From NCBI GenBank assembly GCA_045604805.1, contig JAZUOT010000030.1, positions 27,291 to 91,290 on the forward strand: a DNA stretch of 64,000 bases, in the 5' to 3' direction. Numbering within the stretch: the first letter of the stretch is position 1; the number at the start of each line of letters is the position of its first letter. This stretch comes from Acutalibacteraceae bacterium (GTDB taxonomy: Bacteria; Bacillota; Clostridia; Oscillospirales; Acutalibacteraceae). The notes under the pieces are model-generated. The model saw nothing but the letters and a program-made list of their open reading frames with translations. It made no database searches and was not told the DNA's origin. A program made the position numbers and the translations under genes. Below are positions 1-8,914 of the stretch, piece after piece.

Positions 1-687
1 TTCTATCAGCGGCTCTAAAACTATTCCCTTTCTTACATACAGAGCTCCGCAGCCTTTCGGACCATGTATTTTGTGTGCAGTAAGAGACATCATATCTATA
101 CCTAGTTCTTTAACATCTATATGGACACTGCCTACAGCCTGTACAGCATCTGTGTGAAAAACAACATTATGCTTTTTACAAACGGCTGCAAGTTCCCTTA
201 TATCTTGCACCGTTCCAATCTCATTATTCGCAAACATTATACTGACAAGAGCTGTATTTTCATTTATAGCATTTTCTAAATCTTCAGCTAATACTATACC
301 GTTTGAGTGTACTGGTAAATATGTTACTTCAAAACCTTGTTTTTCTAAAGTTTTAACGGTATTTAGTACAGCATGGTGCTCAAACGCCGATGTAATTATA
401 TGATTTTTAGCAAAACCTCTGTTCTTTAGCTTCTGAAGATATCCCTTTATGGCCCAGTTATCAGCTTCACTGCCTCCAGACGTAAAATAAATCTCTTTGC
501 TATCTGCATTAAAACAACTAGCTATCTTTTTTCTAGATTCTTCTATAGCAGCTTTAGCTTTGGCCCCCATACCATATAAACTAGATGCATTCCCGTAATT
601 TGCTAAAAGATACGGCATCATAGCATCTAATACCGGAGGAGATATCTTCGTAGTAGCTGCATTGTCTGCGTAAACCACTCGCTTCAT
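1..687 (-). CDS. cysteine desulfurase (NifS/IscS-like class V aminotransferase); C-terminal part runs off the window start
   Basis: Hand translation of the minus strand gives MKRVVYADNAATTKISPPVLDAMMPYLLANYGNASSLYGMGAKAKAAIE... and the PLP-lysine region SLTAHKIHGPKGCGALYV. The frame is open to nt 1. An alternative ATG lies at 705. Confidence 0.85.
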   Translation of the reverse strand, partial: MKRVVYADNAATTKISPPVLDAMMPYLLANYGNASSLYGMGAKAKAAIEESRKKIASCFNADSKEIYFTSGGSEADNWAIKGYLQKLKNRGFAKNHIITSAFEHHAVLNTVKTLEKQGFEVTYLPVHSNGIVLAEDLENAINENTALVSIMFANNEIGTVQDIRELAAVCKKHNVVFHTDAVQAVGSVHIDVKELGIDMMSLTAHKIHGPKGCGALYVRKGIVLEPLIE

Positions 688-801
688 CAAATCACCCAAA
701 CCCATAATACTACTTATTGTAATATACATTAAGCAAAATATTATTGCAATTAATATAGAGATATGAGACTCAACAAACTGTAACCTTAGAAAGGGTATGA
801 G

Positions 802-942
802 ATGAAAAAATTGAAAGTTTACTTTACATTGCACACTGAATATATTGCAATCAGTATTGAGATAGAACTTTACATGTCGAATGAGCTAGGAAACAATAAA
901 ATAATGGCTAATTTGACACATGTATTTGGCACGAGAACCTAA
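802..942 (+). CDS. possible 46-aa small ORF (MKKLKVYFTLHTEYIAISIEIELYMSNELGNNKIMANLTHVFGTRT)
   Basis: ATG is preceded by AAGGG at about 6 nt spacing. No recognisable family. Lies in the 400-nt gap between the desulfurase and rluD. Confidence 0.15.
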   Translation: MKKLKVYFTLHTEYIAISIEIELYMSNELGNNKIMANLTHVFGTRT

Positions 943-1099
943 ATTAGGAAGATCCGGAATTTTATACACAATGGAGCATCGTTACTTTTTTGTGGCTTTT
1001 ATTTTTCAAAAAAATAAAATGCTAGCTTACTTAACTTTTATATCAAACTCTGTTAGAATAGCATTATGTTATGTTGTGGCTATTAGGAGTTTGGTCATT

Positions 1100-2032
1100 G
1101 TGACTGATGAAAATGTTACGTTTTGCGTTTGCGAAGAAGACCGCAATCTAAGATTAGATTTATTCATAGCTAGTAAACTTGAGAATAAAAGTAGAGCAAC
1201 GATCCAGAGATCCATTGCAAATGGTCTAGCAAAAGTAAACGAAAAATATGTCAATAAAAATTACAGAGTCAAACTAAATGATACTGTGAATATCACTATA
1301 CTTGAAGAAAAACCTACAGAAGCTTTTCCTCAGGATATACCGATAAATATTGCTTATGAAGATCGCGATATGCTCATAGTAAACAAAAATCAGGGAATGG
1401 TTGTACACCCAGCAGTTGGTAATTACTCAGGAACACTGGTTAATGCTCTTTTGTTTCGCTACGGAGACTCTTTATCAAAGATAAATGGTGGTTTTAGACC
1501 TGGTATAGTCCACCGAATTGACAAGGATACCAGTGGATTGTTATTAGTAGCAAAAAATGATTTTTCCCATCAATTTTTAGCAGCGCAAATAAGGGCTCAT
1601 AGTTTGAAACGTGAGTATGAAGCAGTTGTTTATGGAAATATAAAAGATGATGAGGGTACGATAGACAAACCTATTGCTAGAGATAGTATCAATAGAATTC
1701 GCAGGAAAGTAAGTTACGAAGAAAATGCAAAAAGTGCGATTACTCACTTTAAAGTAATATCAAGGTACCAAGATTTTACGCACATAAAGCTGATATTGGA
1801 AACTGGTAGGACTCATCAGATAAGAGTACATATGTCTCATATAGGACATCCTTTGGCCGGCGACCCTGTGTATGGCCCTAAAAAAAAGATAAAGGGTTTA
1901 ATCGGACAATGTTTGCATGCAAAAAGTATTGGCTTTATTCATCCCAGAACTCGAGAGTACATGGAATTCAATAGTAACTTGCCTGAATATTTCGAGAAAT
2001 TTTTAAGAAGGATTGGTAATAAAATATGCTGA
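1100..2032 (+). CDS. rluD: 23S rRNA pseudouridine synthase, RluA/RluD family
   Basis: S4-like N-terminus ([10 protein letters not shown]...SRATIQRSI) and catalytic motif [16 protein letters not shown]. The ORF is open from 920, but a GTG at 1100 behind AGGAG gives the normal length of about 310 aa. The start is uncertain (1091 or 1100). Confidence 0.9.
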   Translation: MTDENVTFCVCEEDRNLRLDLFIASKLENKSRATIQRSIANGLAKVNEKYVNKNYRVKLNDTVNITILEEKPTEAFPQDIPINIAYEDRDMLIVNKNQGMVVHPAVGNYSGTLVNALLFRYGDSLSKINGGFRPGIVHRIDKDTSGLLLVAKNDFSHQFLAAQIRAHSLKREYEAVVYGNIKDDEGTIDKPIARDSINRIRRKVSYEENAKSAITHFKVISRYQDFTHIKLILETGRTHQIRVHMSHIGHPLAGDPVYGPKKKIKGLIGQCLHAKSIGFIHPRTREYMEFNSNLPEYFEKFLRRIGNKIC

Positions 2033-2487
2033 GTATAAAAAGACAGGAAACTATACTAGTGGCTTTAGGAATAGCACTTATCGGTATCATAATAGGTTAT
2101 AATGCTCTGTACATTTCTTCGCCAGCTGAAACGGTTGTGATTTACGAAGATACTAATGTTGCAACGCAAGATGAAACATACACCCCGCAGGCATCGGGGG
2201 AGATAGAAACCATAGAAGAGACAGTAGAAAAATCAACTCCAGCTCAAGTTGAAAATGATACTGCTCAAGACAGGGTAACTGTTGTGGATAAAAATTCAAA
2301 GATAAATTTAAACTCTGCAAATATAGAGGAACTACAGCAATTAGACGGTATAGGTCCTTCTAAAGCCCAGGCAATTATAGACTATCGTGAGAGCAAAGGT
2401 GGTTTTTCTAGTGTTGATGAGCTTGCCGAGGTAAAAGGTATTGGAGAAAAAACACTGGAAAAGATACGTATTATGCTTACTGTTTAG
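2026..2487 (+). CDS. comEA: ComEA-family helix-hairpin-helix DNA-binding protein
   Basis: N-terminal TM helix. C-terminal segment [55 protein letters not shown] is a typical ComEA HhH pair. Confidence 0.85.
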   Translation: MLSIKRQETILVALGIALIGIIIGYNALYISSPAETVVIYEDTNVATQDETYTPQASGEIETIEETVEKSTPAQVENDTAQDRVTVVDKNSKINLNSANIEELQQLDGIGPSKAQAIIDYRESKGGFSSVDELAEVKGIGEKTLEKIRIMLTV

Positions 2488-5400
2488 GCGAGTTGTGTCG
2501 ATAAACGTTTTCTTCTTCCACCCATAAAATATTTAAAACAGATTTAATTAGCTGCAGAATGTTTTGGTTTGCAGTTAATTTTATACTTAAATATGGCTTA
2601 GTTCCCGCACTGAATCTTATTTGATTCTCACTTTTTGATATTAAATGCGATAACACTTTCATATCTATTTTATTTATAAATAACAACAAGGTATCTTCTT
2701 TTTGTCTAATCTCATATATACTACACTTGCTTGCTTGATTTCTCACAATTGCTATATCAATCAAATTCGTAATACTTTGGGGTATTTTACCGAAACGATC
2801 TTTTAATTCACTGTTTATCTCTTGTGCGTCGCCTTGGTTGTGAACCATGGCGATTTTTTTGTACATATCAAGCCTTTGCTGAAGATCTGTTATATAGTTT
2901 TCTGGAATAAAAGCTTGTATTGGGATATCTATCAGGCAGTCGCTTTCATCTGTTTCATCCGAATTAATAATTCCACGCTCGCTATCAAAAGCATCAGATA
3001 AAAGTTTCACATACATATCATAACCGACAGCATCCATACATCCATGCTGTTCTCCTCCGAGAAGATTACCTGCTCCTCTTATTTCTAGATCTCGCATTGA
3101 TATTTTAAATCCCGCACCAAATTCCGTAAAATTCTTAACAGCATTTAGTCTTTTCATAGCAATTTCAGTAAGCACTTTACTTCTTCTAAAAGTAAAATAC
3201 GCATAAGCTCTTTTTGAAGATCTTCCGACTCTGCCACGGATTTGATGCAACTGAGATAAGCCGAACTTGTCTGCATCCTCTATTATCAAAGTATTCACAT
3301 TTGGAACATCTATACCTGCTTCTATGATCGTTGTACATATGAGTATATCTATCTCATGGTCCAAAAGTTTTTGCCAAATATCAGAAAGCTCATCCTCTGT
3401 CATTTTAGAATGCGCTATTCCGAGTTTAGCATCAGGGATATCTTGGGTTAATTTTTTTGCAATTGCCGTTAAAGACTCAATATTATTTCTAAGGTAGTAT
3501 ACCTGTCCACCACGCCTTAATTCTTTTCGGATCGCTTCGATTATTAACATCCTATCGTATTCTAAAACATAGCTTTGCACAGGCATACGCTCTTTAGGGG
3601 CTTCCTCTATAGATGACATGTCCCTAATACCAGATAAAGCCATATTTAATGTTCTAGGTATCGGGGTTGCAGATAGTGTAAGAACGTCTACATTTTGCGC
3701 CATATTTTTGAATTTTTCTTTTTGCAAAACTCCGAAGCGTTGTTCTTCATCTACTATGACTAGACCAAGATCCTTAAATTTCACATCTCTTTGGACGAGT
3801 CGGTGTGTGCCTATGATTATATCTATTTCACCGCGTTCCAGTTTGCGTATAATTTCATTTTGTTCTTTTTTTGTTTTAAACCTAGACAAAAATTCTATTT
3901 TCACAGGGAAACCATCAAATCTCTCTACTGCTGTTTTATAATGCTGCCAGGCCAAAATAGTGGTAGGAACAAGAAAAGCGCATTGTTTGCTGTCTTGAAC
4001 GCATTTGAAAGCGGCTCTAAAGGCTACCTCTGTTTTCCCAAAACCAACATCTCCACACAAAAGACGATCCATGGGCTTAGAGCTTTCCATATCCTTTTTT
4101 ATCTCGTTTGCTGTTCTTATCTGATCATCTGTTTCCTCGTATTCAAACCTAAGTTCGAAATCCCTTTGCCAGTCATTATCTTCAGAAAAGGCATAGCCTT
4201 TTGCATTCATGCGCTTTGAATATATCTTTATCAGATCTTTTGCTATATCTTTTGCCTGAGCTTTGGCTTTGTTTTTTTGTTTTTGCCAGTCTTGGCTGCT
4301 CAAGCGATTGAGTTTTACAGCTTTATCATCGCTTGAACCTATATATTTAGCGACCATATCCAGCTGAGTAACTGGCACGTACAGAATATCATCTTTTGCG
4401 TACAATATTTTTATATAGTCTTTGGTAACACCCTGTGTTTCCAATCTGTGTATACCTTTAAATATACCAACACCATACAAAGAATGGACAACATAATCTT
4501 CTACTTCAAATTGTGTAAGCGAAGACACTTTTTTAGCGTTTTCATTGTATGCTGTTTTTATTTTTCTGTTTTTTTTATGGGCACCATAACTTATTACAAC
4601 GGTTTTTGTGTCAATGTATTCAAAGCTTTCAGTTAGAGAATCATCAAAGATTAAGACTTTTTTTATATCAAGTTTGGAGTAATTTTTTGAAAATCTCTCG
4701 CAAGCTATATCTGATCGCACAAGTTCTCCTAATATTTTTTCACTATTACGTTCGCTACCAGAGAATATGCATATTTTGTAATTATTTGAAATATATGAGC
4801 GTATATCTTCTTTTAGATCCTTAAAGCTACCAGTCCAAAGTGGCAAATTTTTAGTATTTATATTTAAGTTATGGTTTTGGCTTAAGGCTAGTGGATATGA
4901 TGTTTTAAGAAAATTATCAACAAAACAAATAGGATTACGTGATATTAATTTCTTTGCACTAGAAATGTCTTTCAAAAATTGCTGAGTATCAAAAATAAAT
5001 TCGCCATTTTCTAGAAGTGAAACCAGCTCTTCACTTAGCAAATTAGCACAGCCATCATAGAATTTTTTGCAACTTTCATATTCATTTACGAAAATCAAAT
5101 CTCCGTCTTCCAGATAAGTCAAAAGGCAAGAATCTTTGTCATATATTAGGGGTAAAAATTTATCAAAGCTACTGATGTGCATTCCACTAGACAGTAAATC
5201 TATGTCTTTATGATTTTCAGGCTGGACCTGCTTTATCTGTGAAGCCAGAGCTATTTTATTTTCTACGAGAACTTCGCGGCATGGCAGTACAGTTATTTCA
5301 TGCACACTATTTTGTCTACGTTGATTTTCTATATTGAGCTCTGATATAGTATCTATTTCATCTCCGAAAAGTTCTATACGATAAGCTTTAGAGGAAAATG

Positions 5401-5950
5401 GTGAAAACAAATCAATTATTCCACCTCTTATAGAAAATTGCCCCACACCGGATACCTCAATAGCTGGCTCAAAACCGCAGTTCAAGAGTTTATCTTTAAG
5501 AGCTTCCATAGCAACATTTTCACCAACAACAAGCTTAAAAGAAATTTTGTTCAAAAAGTCTTTTGGAATTGTTGCCTGCATAGCTGCTTGGAGTGTAGTT
5601 ACTATAATATCGCAAGAATTATTTGCTATAGCATAAAGTACCGATAATCGTTTGTGTTCATATTCTTTTGAAGCTGTTTCGTTACCAATAAAACAAAAAT
5701 CTCTATACGGATAGAAGAGTGAATGCATTCCCATTGAATTGATGTCTTTTTTGAGTCTAAGAGCTTCTGACTCACTTTTACAAACAACAAAAGCTCTGTG
5801 CTTTAAATCAGCACAGAGCGAAGTTATTATATTGGAAATAGCAGTAGTCGAGGGACAATTTATAGCTACATTTTCTTTTAAACTCAAGAGTTTTTTGAGT
5901 TTTTTATAATTTGGAACTTCTGTAATAATATCATTAAAAATTCCCATCAC
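2477..5950 (-). CDS. mfd: transcription-repair coupling factor Mfd
   Basis: 1157 aa. CarD/RID-like [12 protein letters not shown], helicase motifs [11 protein letters not shown] and [16 protein letters not shown], and [12 protein letters not shown]. Confidence 0.97.
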   Translation of the reverse strand: MMGIFNDIITEVPNYKKLKKLLSLKENVAINCPSTTAISNIITSLCADLKHRAFVVCKSESEALRLKKDINSMGMHSLFYPYRDFCFIGNETASKEYEHKRLSVLYAIANNSCDIIVTTLQAAMQATIPKDFLNKISFKLVVGENVAMEALKDKLLNCGFEPAIEVSGVGQFSIRGGIIDLFSPFSSKAYRIELFGDEIDTISELNIENQRRQNSVHEITVLPCREVLVENKIALASQIKQVQPENHKDIDLLSSGMHISSFDKFLPLIYDKDSCLLTYLEDGDLIFVNEYESCKKFYDGCANLLSEELVSLLENGEFIFDTQQFLKDISSAKKLISRNPICFVDNFLKTSYPLALSQNHNLNINTKNLPLWTGSFKDLKEDIRSYISNNYKICIFSGSERNSEKILGELVRSDIACERFSKNYSKLDIKKVLIFDDSLTESFEYIDTKTVVISYGAHKKNRKIKTAYNENAKKVSSLTQFEVEDYVVHSLYGVGIFKGIHRLETQGVTKDYIKILYAKDDILYVPVTQLDMVAKYIGSSDDKAVKLNRLSSQDWQKQKNKAKAQAKDIAKDLIKIYSKRMNAKGYAFSEDNDWQRDFELRFEYEETDDQIRTANEIKKDMESSKPMDRLLCGDVGFGKTEVAFRAAFKCVQDSKQCAFLVPTTILAWQHYKTAVERFDGFPVKIEFLSRFKTKKEQNEIIRKLERGEIDIIIGTHRLVQRDVKFKDLGLVIVDEEQRFGVLQKEKFKNMAQNVDVLTLSATPIPRTLNMALSGIRDMSSIEEAPKERMPVQSYVLEYDRMLIIEAIRKELRRGGQVYYLRNNIESLTAIAKKLTQDIPDAKLGIAHSKMTEDELSDIWQKLLDHEIDILICTTIIEAGIDVPNVNTLIIEDADKFGLSQLHQIRGRVGRSSKRAYAYFTFRRSKVLTEIAMKRLNAVKNFTEFGAGFKISMRDLEIRGAGNLLGGEQHGCMDAVGYDMYVKLLSDAFDSERGIINSDETDESDCLIDIPIQAFIPENYITDLQQRLDMYKKIAMVHNQGDAQEINSELKDRFGKIPQSITNLIDIAIVRNQASKCSIYEIRQKEDTLLLFINKIDMKVLSHLISKSENQIRFSAGTKPYLSIKLTANQNILQLIKSVLNILWVEEENVYRHNSPKQ

Positions 5951-5957
5951 AACGACC

Positions 5958-6587
5958 TTAATTATATAAATTCATAGCTTTATCAGTTTCGTTATTCAAA
6001 ATCAGCTTCAAGGCTGAAAAGACATCTGTAAATTCAGCTTTAATTTTTTCCATATCGCTTGAGCTAAAAGGCGAGAGTACAAAATCTTTTAAGTCATAAT
6101 CAATGTTTGATTTGTTTCCGATACCTATTTTTATACGGGGGAAGCTATTGCTTCCTAAATTGGCGATTATATCTTTTATGCCATTGTGTCCGCCATGCGA
6201 ACCTTTTTTTCTTATTCTTATTTTCCCAAGTTCAAGAGATATATCATCAAATATTATTAACACGTTTTCCGGTGGGATTTTGTAGAAATTCATTGCTTCC
6301 TTGACAGCTTGCCCACTCAGATTCATATACGTTTGAGGTTTCATCAGTAAAACTTTTTTCGAAGCTATACAGCACTCAGTTGTCAATGCTTTGAATTTAT
6401 GTTTGTTGATATCTAGATTTAAATCTCGTGCTATATAGTCTAAAGTCATGAAACCAATATTGTGACGGGTATTAGAATATTCATCTCCAGGATTTCCAAG
6501 TCCAACTACAATGTATTCTACTGGTCCTGGTGTAAGCTTTGTAGACAGTCCTAAACTTTTAATCTTTTCAAAAATATCATAGTTCAT
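5958..6587 (-). CDS. pth: peptidyl-tRNA hydrolase
   Basis: VGLGNPGDEYSNTRHNIGF and GSHGGHNGIKDI signatures. Sits in the conserved prs-pth-mfd order. Confidence 0.95.
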   Translation of the reverse strand: MNYDIFEKIKSLGLSTKLTPGPVEYIVVGLGNPGDEYSNTRHNIGFMTLDYIARDLNLDINKHKFKALTTECCIASKKVLLMKPQTYMNLSGQAVKEAMNFYKIPPENVLIIFDDISLELGKIRIRKKGSHGGHNGIKDIIANLGSNSFPRIKIGIGNKSNIDYDLKDFVLSPFSSSDMEKIKAEFTDVFSALKLILNNETDKAMNLYN

Positions 6588-6596
6588 AGCAAAAAG

Positions 6597-7559
6597 TTAA
6601 ATAAACATAGGAGAAACAGGTCTCTCTTCGTTTAATCTTTCTATAGCTTCAGCAAAAACAGGTGCAGATGACAAGACGGTCATATTATCTAATTTCTTCT
6701 CTTCAGGGATATCTATAGTGTTTAGTAGTATCAGTTTTTCTATGGGACTATTTTTTATGCGTTCTATAGCAGGTCCCGACAAAACTGCGTGTGTAGCAAG
6801 TGCATAAACTGATTTAGCTTTACCGACTTCAATAACAGCATTAGCTGCATTACACAGAGTGCCAGCAGTATCTATCATGTCATCGACCATTATTACTTTT
6901 TTACCTTCTACATCTCCTATGAGATTCATAACTTCACAGACATTTGCCATCTGTCTGCGCTTGTCTATTATGGCTATTGGGCAGTGCAAACGCTCAGCAA
7001 AATTACGTGCTCTGGTAACAGAGCCAAGATCTGGAGAAACTACGACATAATCTTCCTGATTATCCCTAATTTTACTGCGAGCATACGAGGAGAGAGTTGG
7101 CGCACCAACCAGATGGTCAACAGGTATATTAAAAAATCCTTGTATCTGCGGAGCGTGAAGATCCATGGTAAGAACTCTGTCTGCTCCTGCCGTACTTATG
7201 AGGTCTGCGACAAGTTTTGCTGAAATAGGATCACGAGCTCTGGACTTTCTATCCTGCCTTGCATAACCAAAATATGGGATAACAGCAGTTATTCTCGCAG
7301 CTGAACCCCTTTTCATAGCGTCTATCATTATTAGGAGTTCCATAATATTATTATTTACGGGATTTGATGTGGACTGAACTATGTAACAATCACAACCTCT
7401 TACGGTTTCCTGCAAAGTTATAGAAATCTCACCGTCTGAAAAAGTAGTTACATCCGCTTCGCCAAGAGGAAGATTCAAAGCATTAACAATTTGTTTAGCG
7501 AGCGGTATGTTAGAATTACAAGTGAAAATTTTAATGTTATGAGGAATATTATCCATCAA
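6597..7559 (-). CDS. prs: ribose-phosphate pyrophosphokinase (PRPP synthetase)
   Basis: 320 aa. Contains [11 protein letters not shown] and the PRPP-binding loop [13 protein letters not shown]. Confidence 0.95.
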   Translation of the reverse strand: MMDNIPHNIKIFTCNSNIPLAKQIVNALNLPLGEADVTTFSDGEISITLQETVRGCDCYIVQSTSNPVNNNIMELLIMIDAMKRGSAARITAVIPYFGYARQDRKSRARDPISAKLVADLISTAGADRVLTMDLHAPQIQGFFNIPVDHLVGAPTLSSYARSKIRDNQEDYVVVSPDLGSVTRARNFAERLHCPIAIIDKRRQMANVCEVMNLIGDVEGKKVIMVDDMIDTAGTLCNAANAVIEVGKAKSVYALATHAVLSGPAIERIKNSPIEKLILLNTIDIPEEKKLDNMTVLSSAPVFAEAIERLNEERPVSPMFI

Positions 7560-7620
7560 ATTTTACTCTCCATTTCATTTTGAAATTCAACAATATTCAA
7601 AGTCCCACGTATCATTATTA

Positions 7621-8376
7621 TCAAACAAAGATGCTTTTTGCAAGATTGTTTAACTTATGAAGCTGCCAAACATCATTCGCTCCCATGGCAACATACGGGT
7701 TTTCAGCAATAAGGGCATCAACTTTGTGACCAGAGTTGAGTAAGATCTTTATCGTGTCTGGTAAGTAATATTCTTTTTGAGCGTTACAATTATTTATTTT
7801 TTCAAGAGAAAAAAGTAGATCATTCTTATCAAAAACATACACACCAGAACTTATTTCTTTTATCTTTCTCTGTTCTTCGCTTACATCTTTTTCTTCAACT
7901 ATAGCCTGCAGCAAAGCACTATTATTATCTCGAATTATTCTGCCATAGCCACTTGGATCTTCTAGTACAGCCGATACAACAGTTGCAGAATTATTTTTAC
8001 TGAAGTGATATTTTAGGGTATTTTCTAGTGTTTTGCTATCAATAAAAGGGGCATCACCATTTAAAACAACTACTGAATTGCAAGCATTCTCTTTTAGGAT
8101 TTTTTCAGCACACATAACAGCATGACCAGTTCCTAGGCGTTTACTCTGAAAGACTGTGCACACATCCGGGAATTTTTCCTTCAAATAAGATTCAACTATG
8201 TGATTTTTAAAGCCTGTAACTACACAAACCTTTCCGCAAGAAATATCTAAACAAGATTCGATCACATAACTTAGCATTGGTTTACCTAAAACCTCTGACA
8301 TGACTTTAGGCTTATCTGAGTTCATGCGTTTTCCTTCGCCAGCAGCCAGGATGACACAGTAAGTACTAGGTTTCAT
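7621..8376 (-). CDS. glmU: GlmU-like UDP-GlcNAc pyrophosphorylase domain only (no left-handed beta-helix acetyltransferase domain)
   Basis: N-terminal VILAAGEGKRMNSDKPKV signature and glmU-prs synteny. The ORF stops at 251 aa, in the linker helix. Only 61 nt separate it from prs. Confidence 0.8.
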   Translation of the reverse strand: MKPSTYCVILAAGEGKRMNSDKPKVMSEVLGKPMLSYVIESCLDISCGKVCVVTGFKNHIVESYLKEKFPDVCTVFQSKRLGTGHAVMCAEKILKENACNSVVVLNGDAPFIDSKTLENTLKYHFSKNNSATVVSAVLEDPSGYGRIIRDNNSALLQAIVEEKDVSEEQRKIKEISSGVYVFDKNDLLFSLEKINNCNAQKEYYLPDTIKILLNSGHKVDALIAENPYVAMGANDVWQLHKLNNLAKSIFV

Positions 8377-8408
8377 CTACTCCCTCCCAAAATCTATAAC
8401 ACATTGTA

Positions 8409-8436
8409 ATTATCTCATAATATGTATTTTTTTCAA
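8409..8436 (-). promoter_or_regulatory. candidate sigma-A promoter of the glmU-prs-pth-mfd operon
   Basis: Minus strand reads TTGAAA, then 16 nt, then (TGa)GATAAT. It lies about 35 nt upstream of the glmU ATG at 8376. Confidence 0.4.
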
Positions 8437-8456
8437 GTAGGTTACCAGAATAACGC

Positions 8457-8474
8457 CACGCAAAACGCATGAAA
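8457..8474. promoter_or_regulatory. 18-nt element CACGCAAAACGCATGAAA, copy A (identical copy at 36784..36801)
   Basis: Perfect 18/18 match to the second copy. Both lie 19-20 nt beyond a TTGAAA -35 hexamer on the minus strand. The minus strand reads TGCGT-TT-TGCGT, a direct repeat. Confidence 0.5.
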
Positions 8475-8636
8475 GCTCATCCCTACTAGAAACTGTGTGA
8501 TAGACACTTTTTTAGAAGCTTAGAACTTATTCAATTTAAAATCTGCTTTTTCTTTTTTTCTCTAAACACTTGCAAAAGGTTACTCCTAATTCTTGTATAT
8601 GGGTGTAAAAATATAGTACAATTTACACGTGAAAGA

Positions 8637-8666
8637 GTTGATACTGTAAATGTTGATACTATAAAT
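8637..8666 (+). promoter_or_regulatory. tandem 15-nt duplication forming a near-consensus promoter for the giant gene
   Basis: GTTGATACTGTAAAT followed by GTTGATACTATAAAT. This reads as TTGATA (8638-8643), a 16-nt spacer, then TATAAA (8660-8665), about 25 nt upstream of the ATG at 8690. Confidence 0.4.
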
Positions 8667-8689
8667 AACGATAGAGGGTGCTGATTAAA

Positions 8690-8914
8690 ATGACACAAAG
8701 GGAAAAATATTATAAACATAAAGTAATGAGAATATTAATTGATAGCAGAGACAAAAATGAAGCAAAAAACAATCTGGAGATGGCTCAGATTCATCTATCA
8801 GATGGAGAGATTGAATATCTGAAAAATATATACAATAATTGCCGTGGTGGATCTTTTATAAGCTTAGGAGATAACACTTTAAGCATGCAAGAACTTGATG
8901 AAGTTGCAGGAGGA
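8690..8914 (+). other. 75-aa leader region ending in LSMQELDEVAGG (double-glycine processing motif)
   Basis: Fits the LSxxELxxIxGG consensus of C39-peptidase-processed leaders. It aligns with the leader of the 33428..36658 gene: GEIEYLKNIYNN versus EEIDTLKNFFQN, and LSMQELDEVAGG versus LTFSQLDDVAGG. Confidence 0.6.

Noticed and set aside
920-1099. 60-aa N-terminal extension of the rluD ORF.
   Set aside because: The extension is hydrophobic or odd sequence with no similarity to RluD. An internal GTG behind AGGAG gives the canonical protein length.
2477-2487. 11-nt convergent overlap of the comEA and mfd stop regions.
   Set aside because: It is a real overlap, but this is common compact-genome geometry and no special function can be inferred.
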